Source of the DNA: an uncultured Candidatus Saccharibacteria bacterium
GTDB taxonomy: Bacteria > Patescibacteriota > Minisyncoccia > Minisyncoccales > Minisyncoccaceae
Assembly: GCA_964581805.1 (NCBI GenBank)
Contig: CAZOPO010000002.1
Location: 1 to 40,007, forward strand
Direction: 5' to 3'
DNA: 40,007 nt
The position numbers and the translations under genes are program-made. The notes beneath the pieces were generated by a model. It did no database searches. It saw only the letters and a list, made by a program, of their open reading frames with translations, and had not been told where the DNA came from. This document shows, piece after piece, positions 1-7,253 of the stretch (positions are counted from its first letter, which is position 1; every line of letters begins with the position of its first letter).

Positions 1-2
1 AG

Positions 3-137
3 TTTATCTTAGATGGATTAACTAATATTAAAAGCTCAGAAATATCTTTTGAATTCCAAAGTAATGATGGACCAGCAGTCATTAGGCCAGTAGGGGATGC
101 TAGTTATCTTTATGTTATTATGCCAATTAGAATTTAA
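3..137 (+). CDS. dnaN: DNA polymerase III beta sliding clamp, C-terminal end (5' part lies outside the window)
   Basis: The frame is open from the window edge to TAA at 135-137. The translation ...NDGPAVIRPVGDASYLYVIMPIRI* has the typical DnaN C-terminal pattern (..P..I.P.....Y.y.iMPmR-hydrophobic). Confidence 0.65.
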   Translation, partial: FILDGLTNIKSSEISFEFQSNDGPAVIRPVGDASYLYVIMPIRI

Positions 138-238
138 TCGACAATCATATTTACATTTAAGATAATAAATAAAAACATATGAATAAAAAAAGAATTTACA
201 TTATCTCAAGCACTTTTATACAAAGAATATTCGCCTGA
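138..238 (+). pseudogene. Remnant of the Cys-rich surface-protein family: promoter plus the first ~38 nt of the ORF, then unrelated sequence and a stop after 19 codons
   Basis: TCGACA(138-143)-17 nt-GATAAT(161-166) aligns with the TTGACA-17-GATAAT/AATAAT promoters at 23075 and 39021. ATGAATAAAAAAAGAATTTACATTATCTCAAGCACTTT (179-216) matches the 5' end of the 23240 copy at about 36/38 positions. The ORF MNKKRIYIISSTFIQRIFA* ends at 238. Confidence 0.6.
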
Positions 239-296
239 AATTATTTATATTCTGAAATAAAAAATATACTTTCGTTTGCGTAGAAGTAGAATTCTC

Positions 297-2168
297 TTAT
301 CTAATTTCAACACTCTTTTCAATAATCTTTCTCCATGCTGGGCCTGAAGCTGATTCTCCGACTCCTCCTACCATAGAACTATTATCATTATTTCCTGACC
401 AAACTCCTACGCAAGTTTTAGTAGTGCATCCGACAATCCATCCGTCTCCATTCTTTTGAGTGGTTCCCGTTTTAACAAAAACTTTGTAATTATCAAATCT
501 TAAATTAGAATAGTATCCGAATATGGGAGCTCGAGCATTGTTATCTGATAAAACATCAGTTATCATTTCGCAGACATAAGTTTCTAAAACTTTTCTAGGA
601 GTATTGTTATTCTCATATATTATATTTCCCGAGGCATCTTCTATCTTTAAAATTGCTGAAGGAGGGATACGATATCCTCCGTTAGCAAAAACTCCATAAG
701 CAGAAACCATATCAAGTAAATACACTTCTCCTCCTCCTAAAACTAAAGAGAGTCCATAGTAAGAAGGATCTTTAGTCAAAGTAGTAATTCCCATTTTCTG
801 AGCTAAAGAAATACTATCATTTAGTCCGGCTAAATCTTTTAAAACCTTAACAGCAGGAATATTAAGAGATTGAGCAAGAGAATCTCTTAAAGTAACAGGA
901 CCTCTAAATTTGCCATCATAGTTTTGAGGGACATATTCTTCTCCTCCCCAAAATCCAAAACTAGTTAATTCATCGATAACAATAGTTTGGTCATTAAATC
1001 CTTTATTAAAAGCTTCTGCATAAACAAAAGGTTTAAAAGATGATCCTGGCTGTCTCTTTCCTTGAGTGGCGACATTAAAATCAGGAACAAACTTACAAGT
1101 TCTGGAAGGGTCACAATTTTCTGGGAAAGATTCTCCTAAAGGATCGGCTGATCCTACCATAGAGAGTATTTCTCCTGTTTGATGATCAATTGCTACTAAA
1201 GCAGAATTGTAGGCCTTAAAACGAGAAATATTGGTATTAACACTATCTTTAATAGCTTCTTCAGAAGCCTTTTGTAATTCCCAATCAAGAGTAGTATAAA
1301 TTCTTAATCCTTTAGTTTCTAGAAATGTTGGTCCATAAAGTTCTTCAATTTGTTCTTTAACGTAGTTTACAAAATGTATCGCCTGAGTTTTAGGGCGACT
1401 GTTAAAAGTTATCTCTATATTTTGAGCAATATCTCTTTCTTCTGAAGAAATATAGTTTTCTTCCATCATTCTTCTTAAGACGTAATTTTTTCTGTTAAGT
1501 AAGTCATCAACATGGCTTCCGTAAGGGGAGTAATAGCTCGGTGATTGAATAGTTGCCGCTAAAAGAGCAGCTTCTTCAATAGTTAAGTCTTTAGCAGATT
1601 TTTGAAAATATGTTTGAGAAGCTTCTTCTACTCCATAAATATTTACTCCAAAAGGCACTTGATTCAAATACCATTCTATTATTTGTTCTTTAGAATATTT
1701 TCTGTCTAATTCTATAGAAAGAACCATTTCTTTTAATTTTCTTTCAATACTTTTAGTGGGAGTTAAAAAAGTGCTTCTTATTAATTGTTGAGTGATAGTT
1801 GATCCTCCAGGCACATTAAGACTTTGAGTGGTGATACTTAATTTAATAGCTCTTAAGACCCCAGTAATATCAATTCCTGGGTGAATGTAGAAATTAGAAT
1901 CTTCTGTTGCGACAACAGCGTGAACCATATTCTCAGATATTTCTGCTAAAGGAACATAAGTTCTTTTTTCCTCTCCGTAGATATTAGATAAAATAACTTC
2001 TCCACTTCGATCGTAAATTTTAGTAGAAAGATTTAATTGGGCCTCTGTAAAAACTTCAGGACGAGGAAGGTCTCTCATATAATAGAAAAAAAGACTAATT
2101 CCTCCAATTATTCCTAAAATAACAAGCCAAAAAATGATTTTAATTAATTTTTTAATAAGTTTATTCAT
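297..2168 (-). CDS. Class A penicillin-binding protein (bifunctional glycosyltransferase/transpeptidase, PBP1A-like)
   Basis: N-terminal TM helix. GT51 motifs are EDSNFYIHPGID and GGSTITQQL. Transpeptidase motifs are SSFKPFVY (SxxK) and KTGTT. Confidence 0.9.
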   Translation of the reverse strand: MNKLIKKLIKIIFWLVILGIIGGISLFFYYMRDLPRPEVFTEAQLNLSTKIYDRSGEVILSNIYGEEKRTYVPLAEISENMVHAVVATEDSNFYIHPGIDITGVLRAIKLSITTQSLNVPGGSTITQQLIRSTFLTPTKSIERKLKEMVLSIELDRKYSKEQIIEWYLNQVPFGVNIYGVEEASQTYFQKSAKDLTIEEAALLAATIQSPSYYSPYGSHVDDLLNRKNYVLRRMMEENYISSEERDIAQNIEITFNSRPKTQAIHFVNYVKEQIEELYGPTFLETKGLRIYTTLDWELQKASEEAIKDSVNTNISRFKAYNSALVAIDHQTGEILSMVGSADPLGESFPENCDPSRTCKFVPDFNVATQGKRQPGSSFKPFVYAEAFNKGFNDQTIVIDELTSFGFWGGEEYVPQNYDGKFRGPVTLRDSLAQSLNIPAVKVLKDLAGLNDSISLAQKMGITTLTKDPSYYGLSLVLGGGEVYLLDMVSAYGVFANGGYRIPPSAILKIEDASGNIIYENNNTPRKVLETYVCEMITDVLSDNNARAPIFGYYSNLRFDNYKVFVKTGTTQKNGDGWIVGCTTKTCVGVWSGNNDNSSMVGGVGESASGPAWRKIIEKSVEIR

Positions 2169-2232
2169 ACCTGAATCCTATCATTTCTTTTGACTTTTGA
2201 AAATATATAAATTACAATTAATTAATACTTAT

Positions 2233-3435
2233 ATGAAAATAATAACTGACGAAAATAAAATAGACGAAATCCTAAATAGGGGAGTAGAAGACGTTATAGA
2301 AAAGGAGTCTCTTAAAAAGAGATTACTTTCGGGAAAAAGATTAAATATCAAATTAGGGATAGATCCTACTGGTCCTAAAATTCATTTAGGAAGATCAACC
2401 GTTTTAATGAAACTGAAAGATTTCCAAGATTTAGGGCATAATATTGTTTTAATTATTGGAGATTTTACGGCTTTAATTGGAGACGCTTCTGACAAAGATG
2501 CGATGAGAAGATCTTTAACCGAAGAAGAAGTTAAAGAGAATATGAAAAACTACCTTTCTCAAATTGGAAAGATTTTAGATTTGAAAAAGGTAGAAATTAG
2601 ATACAACAAAGATTGGTTTGGTAAAATGAAGGTAGAGGATATTATTAAACTATCAATGAATTTTACCGCTCAACAAATGATTCAAAGAAGAAACTTTAAA
2701 GAAAGATGGGAAACTGAAAAGCCAATTGGTCTTCATGAAATGTTATACCCTTTACTTCAAGGTTATGATTCTGTTGTTGTTTCTGCCGATATAGAGATTG
2801 GAGGATTTGATCAGCTTTTTAACTTAAAAGCAGGAAGAGAGTTACAAAGAGTTTTTGATAAAGAAGTTCAAGATGTTATGACCCTTAAAATGATATACGG
2901 ACTTGATGGAAGAAAGATGTCAACTTCTTGGGGTAATGTAATTAATATTTTAGATGAGCCTAACGAAATGTTTGGTAAGTTGATGAGCTTAAAAGACGAA
3001 TTAATTATTGACTATTTTGAATGTTGTACCAGAGTGCCAATGTTACAAATTGAAGAATTTAGAAAAAGCTTAAAGAACAAAGAAATAAATCCTAAAGAAG
3101 TTAAGAAAATTCTTTCTAAAGAAATTATTACTTTTTTCCACGATTCTGATTTAGCCTTAAAAGCAGAAAAAGAATTTGAACAAGTTTTTGAAGAAAAAAA
3201 ACTTCCTACAGAAATAGAAGAAGTTAAAATAGAAGAGAAGGAAATGGGAATACAAGATCTTTTGGTTAAATTATCTTTAGCAAAATCAAAAGGTGAAGCT
3301 AAGAGATTGGTTGAGCAAGGGGGAGTTAAATTGATTTTTAATGACAATACAGAAGTTATTAAAGCAGAAAATATTAAAATAGAAAAAGGAATGATTTTCC
3401 AAGTAGGAAAAAGAAACTTTAAAAAAATTATTTAA
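2233..3435 (+). CDS. tyrS: Tyrosyl-tRNA synthetase with a C-terminal S4-like domain
   Basis: HIGH-type motif (IHLGR), IGDFTALIGDASDK, KMSKS-type motif (KMSTS) and a C-terminal S4-like AKSKGEAKRLVEQGGVKL. The track ORF begins at a TTG (2197); ATG at 2233 (MKIITDENK) is the more likely start. Confidence 0.85.
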   Translation: MKIITDENKIDEILNRGVEDVIEKESLKKRLLSGKRLNIKLGIDPTGPKIHLGRSTVLMKLKDFQDLGHNIVLIIGDFTALIGDASDKDAMRRSLTEEEVKENMKNYLSQIGKILDLKKVEIRYNKDWFGKMKVEDIIKLSMNFTAQQMIQRRNFKERWETEKPIGLHEMLYPLLQGYDSVVVSADIEIGGFDQLFNLKAGRELQRVFDKEVQDVMTLKMIYGLDGRKMSTSWGNVINILDEPNEMFGKLMSLKDELIIDYFECCTRVPMLQIEEFRKSLKNKEINPKEVKKILSKEIITFFHDSDLALKAEKEFEQVFEEKKLPTEIEEVKIEEKEMGIQDLLVKLSLAKSKGEAKRLVEQGGVKLIFNDNTEVIKAENIKIEKGMIFQVGKRNFKKII

Positions 3436-3448
3436 AGATAATAAAACT

Positions 3449-4243
3449 ATGAATAAAGAAAAACTTATCATAATATCAATTTTTATAATTATTTCTTTTA
3501 CGTTATTTTTATTAGGATATTCTATTAAATTTTTAACAATTTTTGCCGAAGAAAATTCTCCTAACCCAGGACATACTATCTCGGAAATAGAAAACGGTGA
3601 TCTTTTAGCAACTAAAGACTATGTTGATGAAAAATTTAGAAATATGTCGAGAAATTTTACTGAAGGAGTTGCTTTGAAAACAACTGGAACTGTTCCTGTT
3701 TGTGATATAACGAATTTAGGATTGATGTGGTATTTAGAGGGATCATCAGGAGAACAAGATTTAGTTATTATGTGTCAAAAAATGCAAAATGGTGATTATC
3801 GATACAGAGATTTAATTACTGGTAATGTTGCTAATTGGTGGGGATCTGGTTTGTCAGATTACGGAAAACATAATCAGGCAGACTGTGTTGCTGCAGGAGG
3901 AATAGTGGTTAGTGGAGATAATGAAGAAAAGCAATGTAAATTTACCCGTTCAACTTGTCCTTCTGGATGGGATTTTTATTCTCCTCATTATACTGCTCAA
4001 AATGATTGTACGGCGACTATTACAGGAGGACAAGGAACCTCTGCTTCTTGTTCTGCTTTAGGACATACTTTTTCTAAATTAGGGACTTCAGCCACAGTAG
4101 AAGTTTGTTATTCTCCTATGGGATCAAATCCAAAAATAGCTAAATGGTGTTGTGGCGTTGAATGTCATAGTAATTTTGATTATTGCTATTCTTCTCATAG
4201 TTATAGTTGTTCAGGTTTAATAACAGAAATTGGTTGTTATTAG
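3449..4243 (+). CDS. Secreted or membrane-anchored Cys-rich protein, family member 1 (14 Cys)
   Basis: N-terminal hydrophobic helix ending ..IFA, then NPGHTISEI and DLLATKDYVDEKF. Core DCVAAGG...QCKF...CPSGW. C-terminus ITEIGCY*. It is a paralog of 23240..24064 and 39078..39758. Confidence 0.8.
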   Translation: MNKEKLIIISIFIIISFTLFLLGYSIKFLTIFAEENSPNPGHTISEIENGDLLATKDYVDEKFRNMSRNFTEGVALKTTGTVPVCDITNLGLMWYLEGSSGEQDLVIMCQKMQNGDYRYRDLITGNVANWWGSGLSDYGKHNQADCVAAGGIVVSGDNEEKQCKFTRSTCPSGWDFYSPHYTAQNDCTATITGGQGTSASCSALGHTFSKLGTSATVEVCYSPMGSNPKIAKWCCGVECHSNFDYCYSSHSYSCSGLITEIGCY

Positions 4244-4256
4244 TCATTAATAGTTT

Positions 4257-4284
4257 ACAAAAAAAGAGCTTCTAGCTCTTTTTT
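4257..4284. terminator. Bidirectional intrinsic terminator between family member 1 and ruvC
   Basis: AAAAGAGC-TTCTA-GCTCTTTT hairpin with an A-tract upstream and a T-tract downstream. A near-identical element occurs at 23049..23072. Confidence 0.7.
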
Positions 4285-4350
4285 GGTATTATCTGTTTAA
4301 TTATTATGTTTCAGTAATAAGAATAGGTTGTTCTATCTCTTTGCTATTAT

Positions 4351-4827
4351 TTATCTAAACTTGCAATTATCAGCACAGCAGATTGCTAAAGCTAGAGCGT
4401 CAGCGGCATCATCAGGCTTAGGTATTTTTTCTAGCCTTAAAATGTTTTTAACCATTTCTTGAACTTGCTTCTTTTTAGCTTTGCCATAACCAGTTACGGC
4501 AACTTTTGCTTGAAGGGGAGTGAACTCAAGAAAGGGAATGTTGTGCTTAGAAACAGTAAGAATTATTACTCCTCTTGCTTGGCTAACAGGCATGACAGTT
4601 TTTAAATTCTTAAAGAAAAAAAGACTCTCAATGGCGACAATCTCTGGTTGATGCTTTTTAATTATATAATCAAGATCAAAATTAATTTGTTTTAATCTTT
4701 CTCCAGGACCTTCTGAAGGAAGTGTTTCTATCGTTCCATATTCAATGCAGTCAAACTTATTCTTTTCATAGTTTATTACTCCAAAACCAGTTGTTGCTGT
4801 TCCTGGATCTATGCCTAAGATAATCAT
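4351..4827 (-). CDS. ruvC: Holliday junction resolvase RuvC
   Basis: MIILGIDPGTATTGFGVI N-terminus and C-terminal DAADALALA, at typical RuvC length. It overlaps the yebC stop by 4 nt. Confidence 0.9.
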   Translation of the reverse strand: MIILGIDPGTATTGFGVINYEKNKFDCIEYGTIETLPSEGPGERLKQINFDLDYIIKKHQPEIVAIESLFFFKNLKTVMPVSQARGVIILTVSKHNIPFLEFTPLQAKVAVTGYGKAKKKQVQEMVKNILRLEKIPKPDDAADALALAICCADNCKFR

Positions 4828-5534
4828 AGATTGTTGTATATATTGGAAACATCATCATGTTCTTCAATAGCTTCAAAGAATTTCTGACATTTTTCTATAG
4901 TTTCATCATCAAGAGAGATGTTTTCTTTAGGAACCCATTCTAGTTCCGAAAAATCAATTTTAAAGTTTTTGCTTTCTAGTTCTTTTTTAACTTTTTCTAA
5001 ATCTTCTATTTTAGTATAGACGATAAGGTTGTCTTCTTCGTAGGAAAGATCTTCAGCCCCTGCTTCAATAACACTCAATTCTGCTTCTTCTTTAGAGGTG
5101 ATTTCTTTAATCCCTATAACTCCTTTCTTTTCAAACATCCATTTAATAGCTCCTTCGTTAACAATTTTACCTCCCTTTTGAGAAACTAAAAGTTTAATTT
5201 CATTTAAAGATCTGTTTTTGTTATCAGTGATTCCTTCAATAATAACGGCAACGTTTGCTGGACCGTAGGCTTCCATTAAAAATTCTTCATAGGAAAAACC
5301 TTCCAGTTCTCCAGAACCTTTTTTAATTGCCTTTTCAATACTATCTCCAGGCATATTCAATTCTCTAGCTTTTTCAACGACTGATCTCAATTTAGGATTA
5401 AAAGACAAATCAGAGCCCCCTTCTTTAGCGGCAATAGAAATCTCTTTAGAGAATTTAGAAAATAGCTTACTCTTTTTAGCGTCTTCAGCTCCTTTCTTTA
5501 ATTTAATATTGTGAAAATGACTGTGTCCACTCAT
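4824..5534 (-). CDS. yebC: YebC/PmpR-family transcriptional regulator
   Basis: MSGHSHFHNIKLKKGAEDAKKSKLFSK... is the canonical YebC N-terminus. The track extension to 5582 is rejected because a TTGAAA-17-TATTAT promoter sits inside it. Confidence 0.85.
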   Translation of the reverse strand: MSGHSHFHNIKLKKGAEDAKKSKLFSKFSKEISIAAKEGGSDLSFNPKLRSVVEKARELNMPGDSIEKAIKKGSGELEGFSYEEFLMEAYGPANVAVIIEGITDNKNRSLNEIKLLVSQKGGKIVNEGAIKWMFEKKGVIGIKEITSKEEAELSVIEAGAEDLSYEEDNLIVYTKIEDLEKVKKELESKNFKIDFSELEWVPKENISLDDETIEKCQKFFEAIEEHDDVSNIYNNL

Positions 5535-5540
5535 ATCTTG

Positions 5541-5569
5541 ATAATATCCTAAAAAAAACAAAATTTCAA
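5541..5569 (-). promoter_or_regulatory. Candidate sigma70-type promoter of yebC-ruvC (leaderless arrangement)
   Basis: On the minus strand: TTGAAA (5569-5564), a 17 nt spacer, TATTAT (5546-5541), then 6 nt to the yebC ATG at 5534. Confidence 0.55.
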
Positions 5570-5580
5570 CTCTATATGAC

Positions 5581-5605
5581 AAAATTGGATTTGTGGTCCA
5601 ATTTT
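5581..5605 (-). terminator. Hairpin terminator after the orphan ORF
   Basis: AAAATTGGA-TTTGTGG-TCCAATTTT is a perfect 9-bp stem abutting the stop of 5605..6033. A U-run follows on the minus strand. Confidence 0.55.
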
Positions 5606-6033
5606 TATTTTCCGTAATACGATGCTCGAGGCGATACGCGGAAGTGAGTACTATTAGTTATTTCAATACGAAATCCTATATCAATAGAACCGTCTCCTGT
5701 ATGCTTGAGGCATTCTTTGTGATCGAGCTTGAAGGGATCGATCTGATAAGCTTTCTTGAACCATTTTTTAATTTCATCAAGATTAATCTTGAGAAAGCGA
5801 TCATTCAGGGGGAACTCTCCCTCTTTGTAGTTTGGTCTTCGTGAATTATTATGGATAATATCTATAGAAACATAGATACTGCTCCATTCGACAGGTTCAG
5901 AATGCTTTTCTTCTTCGATTTTAATGGTGTATACATCATCTTTAGAAGTGCAATTTCTGGGGGCGGCGTTCTCAATCAAAGACTCAATCTTTTCCATAAG
6001 TTCGAAACAAAGAACTTCTTTTAGTACTTTCAT
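5605..6033 (-). CDS. Hypothetical protein (orphan, no motif recognised) downstream of ruvB
   Basis: 142-aa ORF with ATG start in the same orientation as ruvB, with its own terminator. Local GC is about 38% against about 28% in the flanking genes (hand count of 60-nt lines). Confidence 0.5.
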   Translation of the reverse strand: MKVLKEVLCFELMEKIESLIENAAPRNCTSKDDVYTIKIEEEKHSEPVEWSSIYVSIDIIHNNSRRPNYKEGEFPLNDRFLKINLDEIKKWFKKAYQIDPFKLDHKECLKHTGDGSIDIGFRIEITNSTHFRVSPRASYYGK

Positions 6034-6062
6034 TTTAAGGGCTCCGAAAATACTATAACATA

Positions 6063-7061
6063 TTAATTGATTGGGGGCAAATTCAAATGTTCGTAAGCTA
6101 ATTTAGTAGCAATTCTTCCTTTAGAGGTTCTTTTTATTAATCCTAGCTGAATTAAATATGGTTCGTATATCTCTAAGATAGTATTTTTTTCTTCAGAAGT
6201 TGCCGAAGATAATGATTGTATTCCTACGGGACCACCTTCAAATTTATTAATAATAGCCTCAAGTATTTTAATGTCTCCTGAGTCTAAGCCTAATTCATCA
6301 ATTTCTAAGAAAGATAAGCCTTCTTTAGCAATTTTTTCCGTAATTAGATTTTTATCTTCCATCTGAGCAAAGTCTCTAACTCTTTTTAAAAGTTTATTAG
6401 CAATTCTAGGAGTAAAACGAGATCTTTTAGAAAGCTCTTTTACTGCTTTTTCATCAATTTCTATATTTAATATTTTAGCCGATCGTCTAATGATTTCTTC
6501 GATCTCTTTATTTTCATAGAATTTTAATTGGAAAATAGCACCGAATCTACTACGAAGAGGGGAAGATAATAAGTCTAATCTTGTTGTTGCTCCGATTAAA
6601 GTAAAATGAGGAAGTTTCATTTCTAAAGTTTTTGCCATTGGTCCTTTACCTAAAATTAAACTTAATTTAAAGTCCTCCATAGCTGAATACAAATATTCTT
6701 CAATGAAACGATTTAATCGATGGCATTCGTCAATAAAAAGAAAGTCTCCTTCGTTTAAACTAGTTAAAAGAGCCACCAAGTCTCCTGGTTTTTCAATAAT
6801 AGGAGCCGAAGTAATACGAATATTAGCATTAGCTTCTTTGGCAACTAAATGGGCTAGAGTTGTTTTTCCTAATCCAGAGCCACCATAAAAGAGAAGATGG
6901 TCAGGACTTTCGATTCTCTTTTTAGCCGCACCAATAATAACCTTTAAATTCTTTTTTATTCTTTCTTGTCCAATATAATCAGACCATTTTTGTGGTCTTA
7001 AAGTGAAATCGGGCGTTTCTTCAATATTATGATCTTGGTTTGTAAAGCTCTTGACAGACAT
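6063..7061 (-). CDS. ruvB: Holliday junction branch-migration helicase RuvB
   Basis: Walker A GGSGLGKTTLA, Walker B FIDECHRL and sensor motifs, at typical RuvB length with the usual C-terminal winged helix. Confidence 0.92.
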   Translation of the reverse strand: MSVKSFTNQDHNIEETPDFTLRPQKWSDYIGQERIKKNLKVIIGAAKKRIESPDHLLFYGGSGLGKTTLAHLVAKEANANIRITSAPIIEKPGDLVALLTSLNEGDFLFIDECHRLNRFIEEYLYSAMEDFKLSLILGKGPMAKTLEMKLPHFTLIGATTRLDLLSSPLRSRFGAIFQLKFYENKEIEEIIRRSAKILNIEIDEKAVKELSKRSRFTPRIANKLLKRVRDFAQMEDKNLITEKIAKEGLSFLEIDELGLDSGDIKILEAIINKFEGGPVGIQSLSSATSEEKNTILEIYEPYLIQLGLIKRTSKGRIATKLAYEHLNLPPIN

Positions 7062-7079
7062 TTTGTAGTGTGTTATATT
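7051..7079 (+). promoter_or_regulatory. Near-consensus extended -10 promoter driving the orphan ncRNA
   Basis: TTGACA (7051-7056), a 17 nt spacer, then TGtTATATT (-10 at 7074-7079). It points away from ruvB into a region with no plus-strand CDS. Confidence 0.6.
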
Positions 7080-7085
7080 ATCCTG

Positions 7086-7252
7086 CGTAAGATTAAGAAT
7101 GATTTTTGAACTGGGGGGAAGGAAATTTTTTTAGTTAATGGGTAATTTGGCTTCGGCTGGGTTATTCCTCGGAAAATTTCTTAGCTTAGCCCTATCGCTA
7201 ACGAGGACCCCCAGTTCAGTAATTATTCTCTAAAGCCCTTCGGGGCTTTTTT
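7086..7252 (+). ncRNA. Candidate structured small RNA of unknown class (~165 nt)
   Basis: A closing helix of about 21 bp pairs 7096-7117 with 7208-7229. An internal hairpin has a C(UUCG)G loop (7141-7166) and several G-U pairs that are valid only on the plus strand. A second hairpin spans 7181-7201. 7122-7130 is complementary to 7172-7180 (a nested helix or a pseudoknot). A C(UUCG)G terminator follows. Confidence 0.5.
7232..7252. terminator. Intrinsic terminator (plus-strand T-tract; may also serve the convergent ATPase gene)
   Basis: AAAGCCC-TTCG-GGGCTTT followed by TTTTT. Confidence 0.7.
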
Positions 7253-7253
7253 C

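Noticed and set aside
2197-2232. Long track start codons for tyrS (2197, TTG), yebC (5582), holA (13361), ruvA (15132), AtpZ-like (17706) and the methyltransferase (26448).
   Set aside because: In each case the extension overlaps a neighbouring gene or a promoter. A downstream ATG gives the canonical family N-terminus, so the shorter coordinates were used.
3012-3471. Antisense track ORFs inside or opposite well-supported genes. Examples: 3012..3347, 3286..3471, 5593..5844, 6703..6888, 7447..7632, 12216..12452, 12488..12706, 15371..15604, 17002..17238, 17419..17622, 17690..17902, 18295..18639, 19231..19497, 20272..20550, 20660..20869, 21950..22174, 23547..23747, 23796..24044, 24725..24955, 25434..25616, 25845..26093, 28432..28632, 33294..33611, 36018..36356, 37575..37796, 39293..39589.
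   Set aside because: Each lies wholly within, or antisense to, a gene with clear family motifs. Their translations are low-complexity (Ser/Phe/Leu/Ile/Lys-rich), as expected for shadow frames of AT-rich coding DNA, and no motif is recognisable.
3449-4243. Idea that the family proteins are type IV pilins serviced by the PilB-like ATPase.
   Set aside because: The N-termini lack the class III signal (G/FTLIE-type cleavage motif with Glu5). The hydrophobic helix is followed by (F/Y)A-NPGH instead. The genes are not linked to the ATPase locus.
7086-7252. Assigning the orphan structured RNA to SRP (4.5S) RNA or 6S RNA.
   Set aside because: No domain IV-like GGAA tetraloop with flanking AGG/AGCA loops occurs on either strand. 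The fold is multi-branched with UUCG loops rather than a rod with a central bubble. It is left as unknown class pending a covariance-model search.
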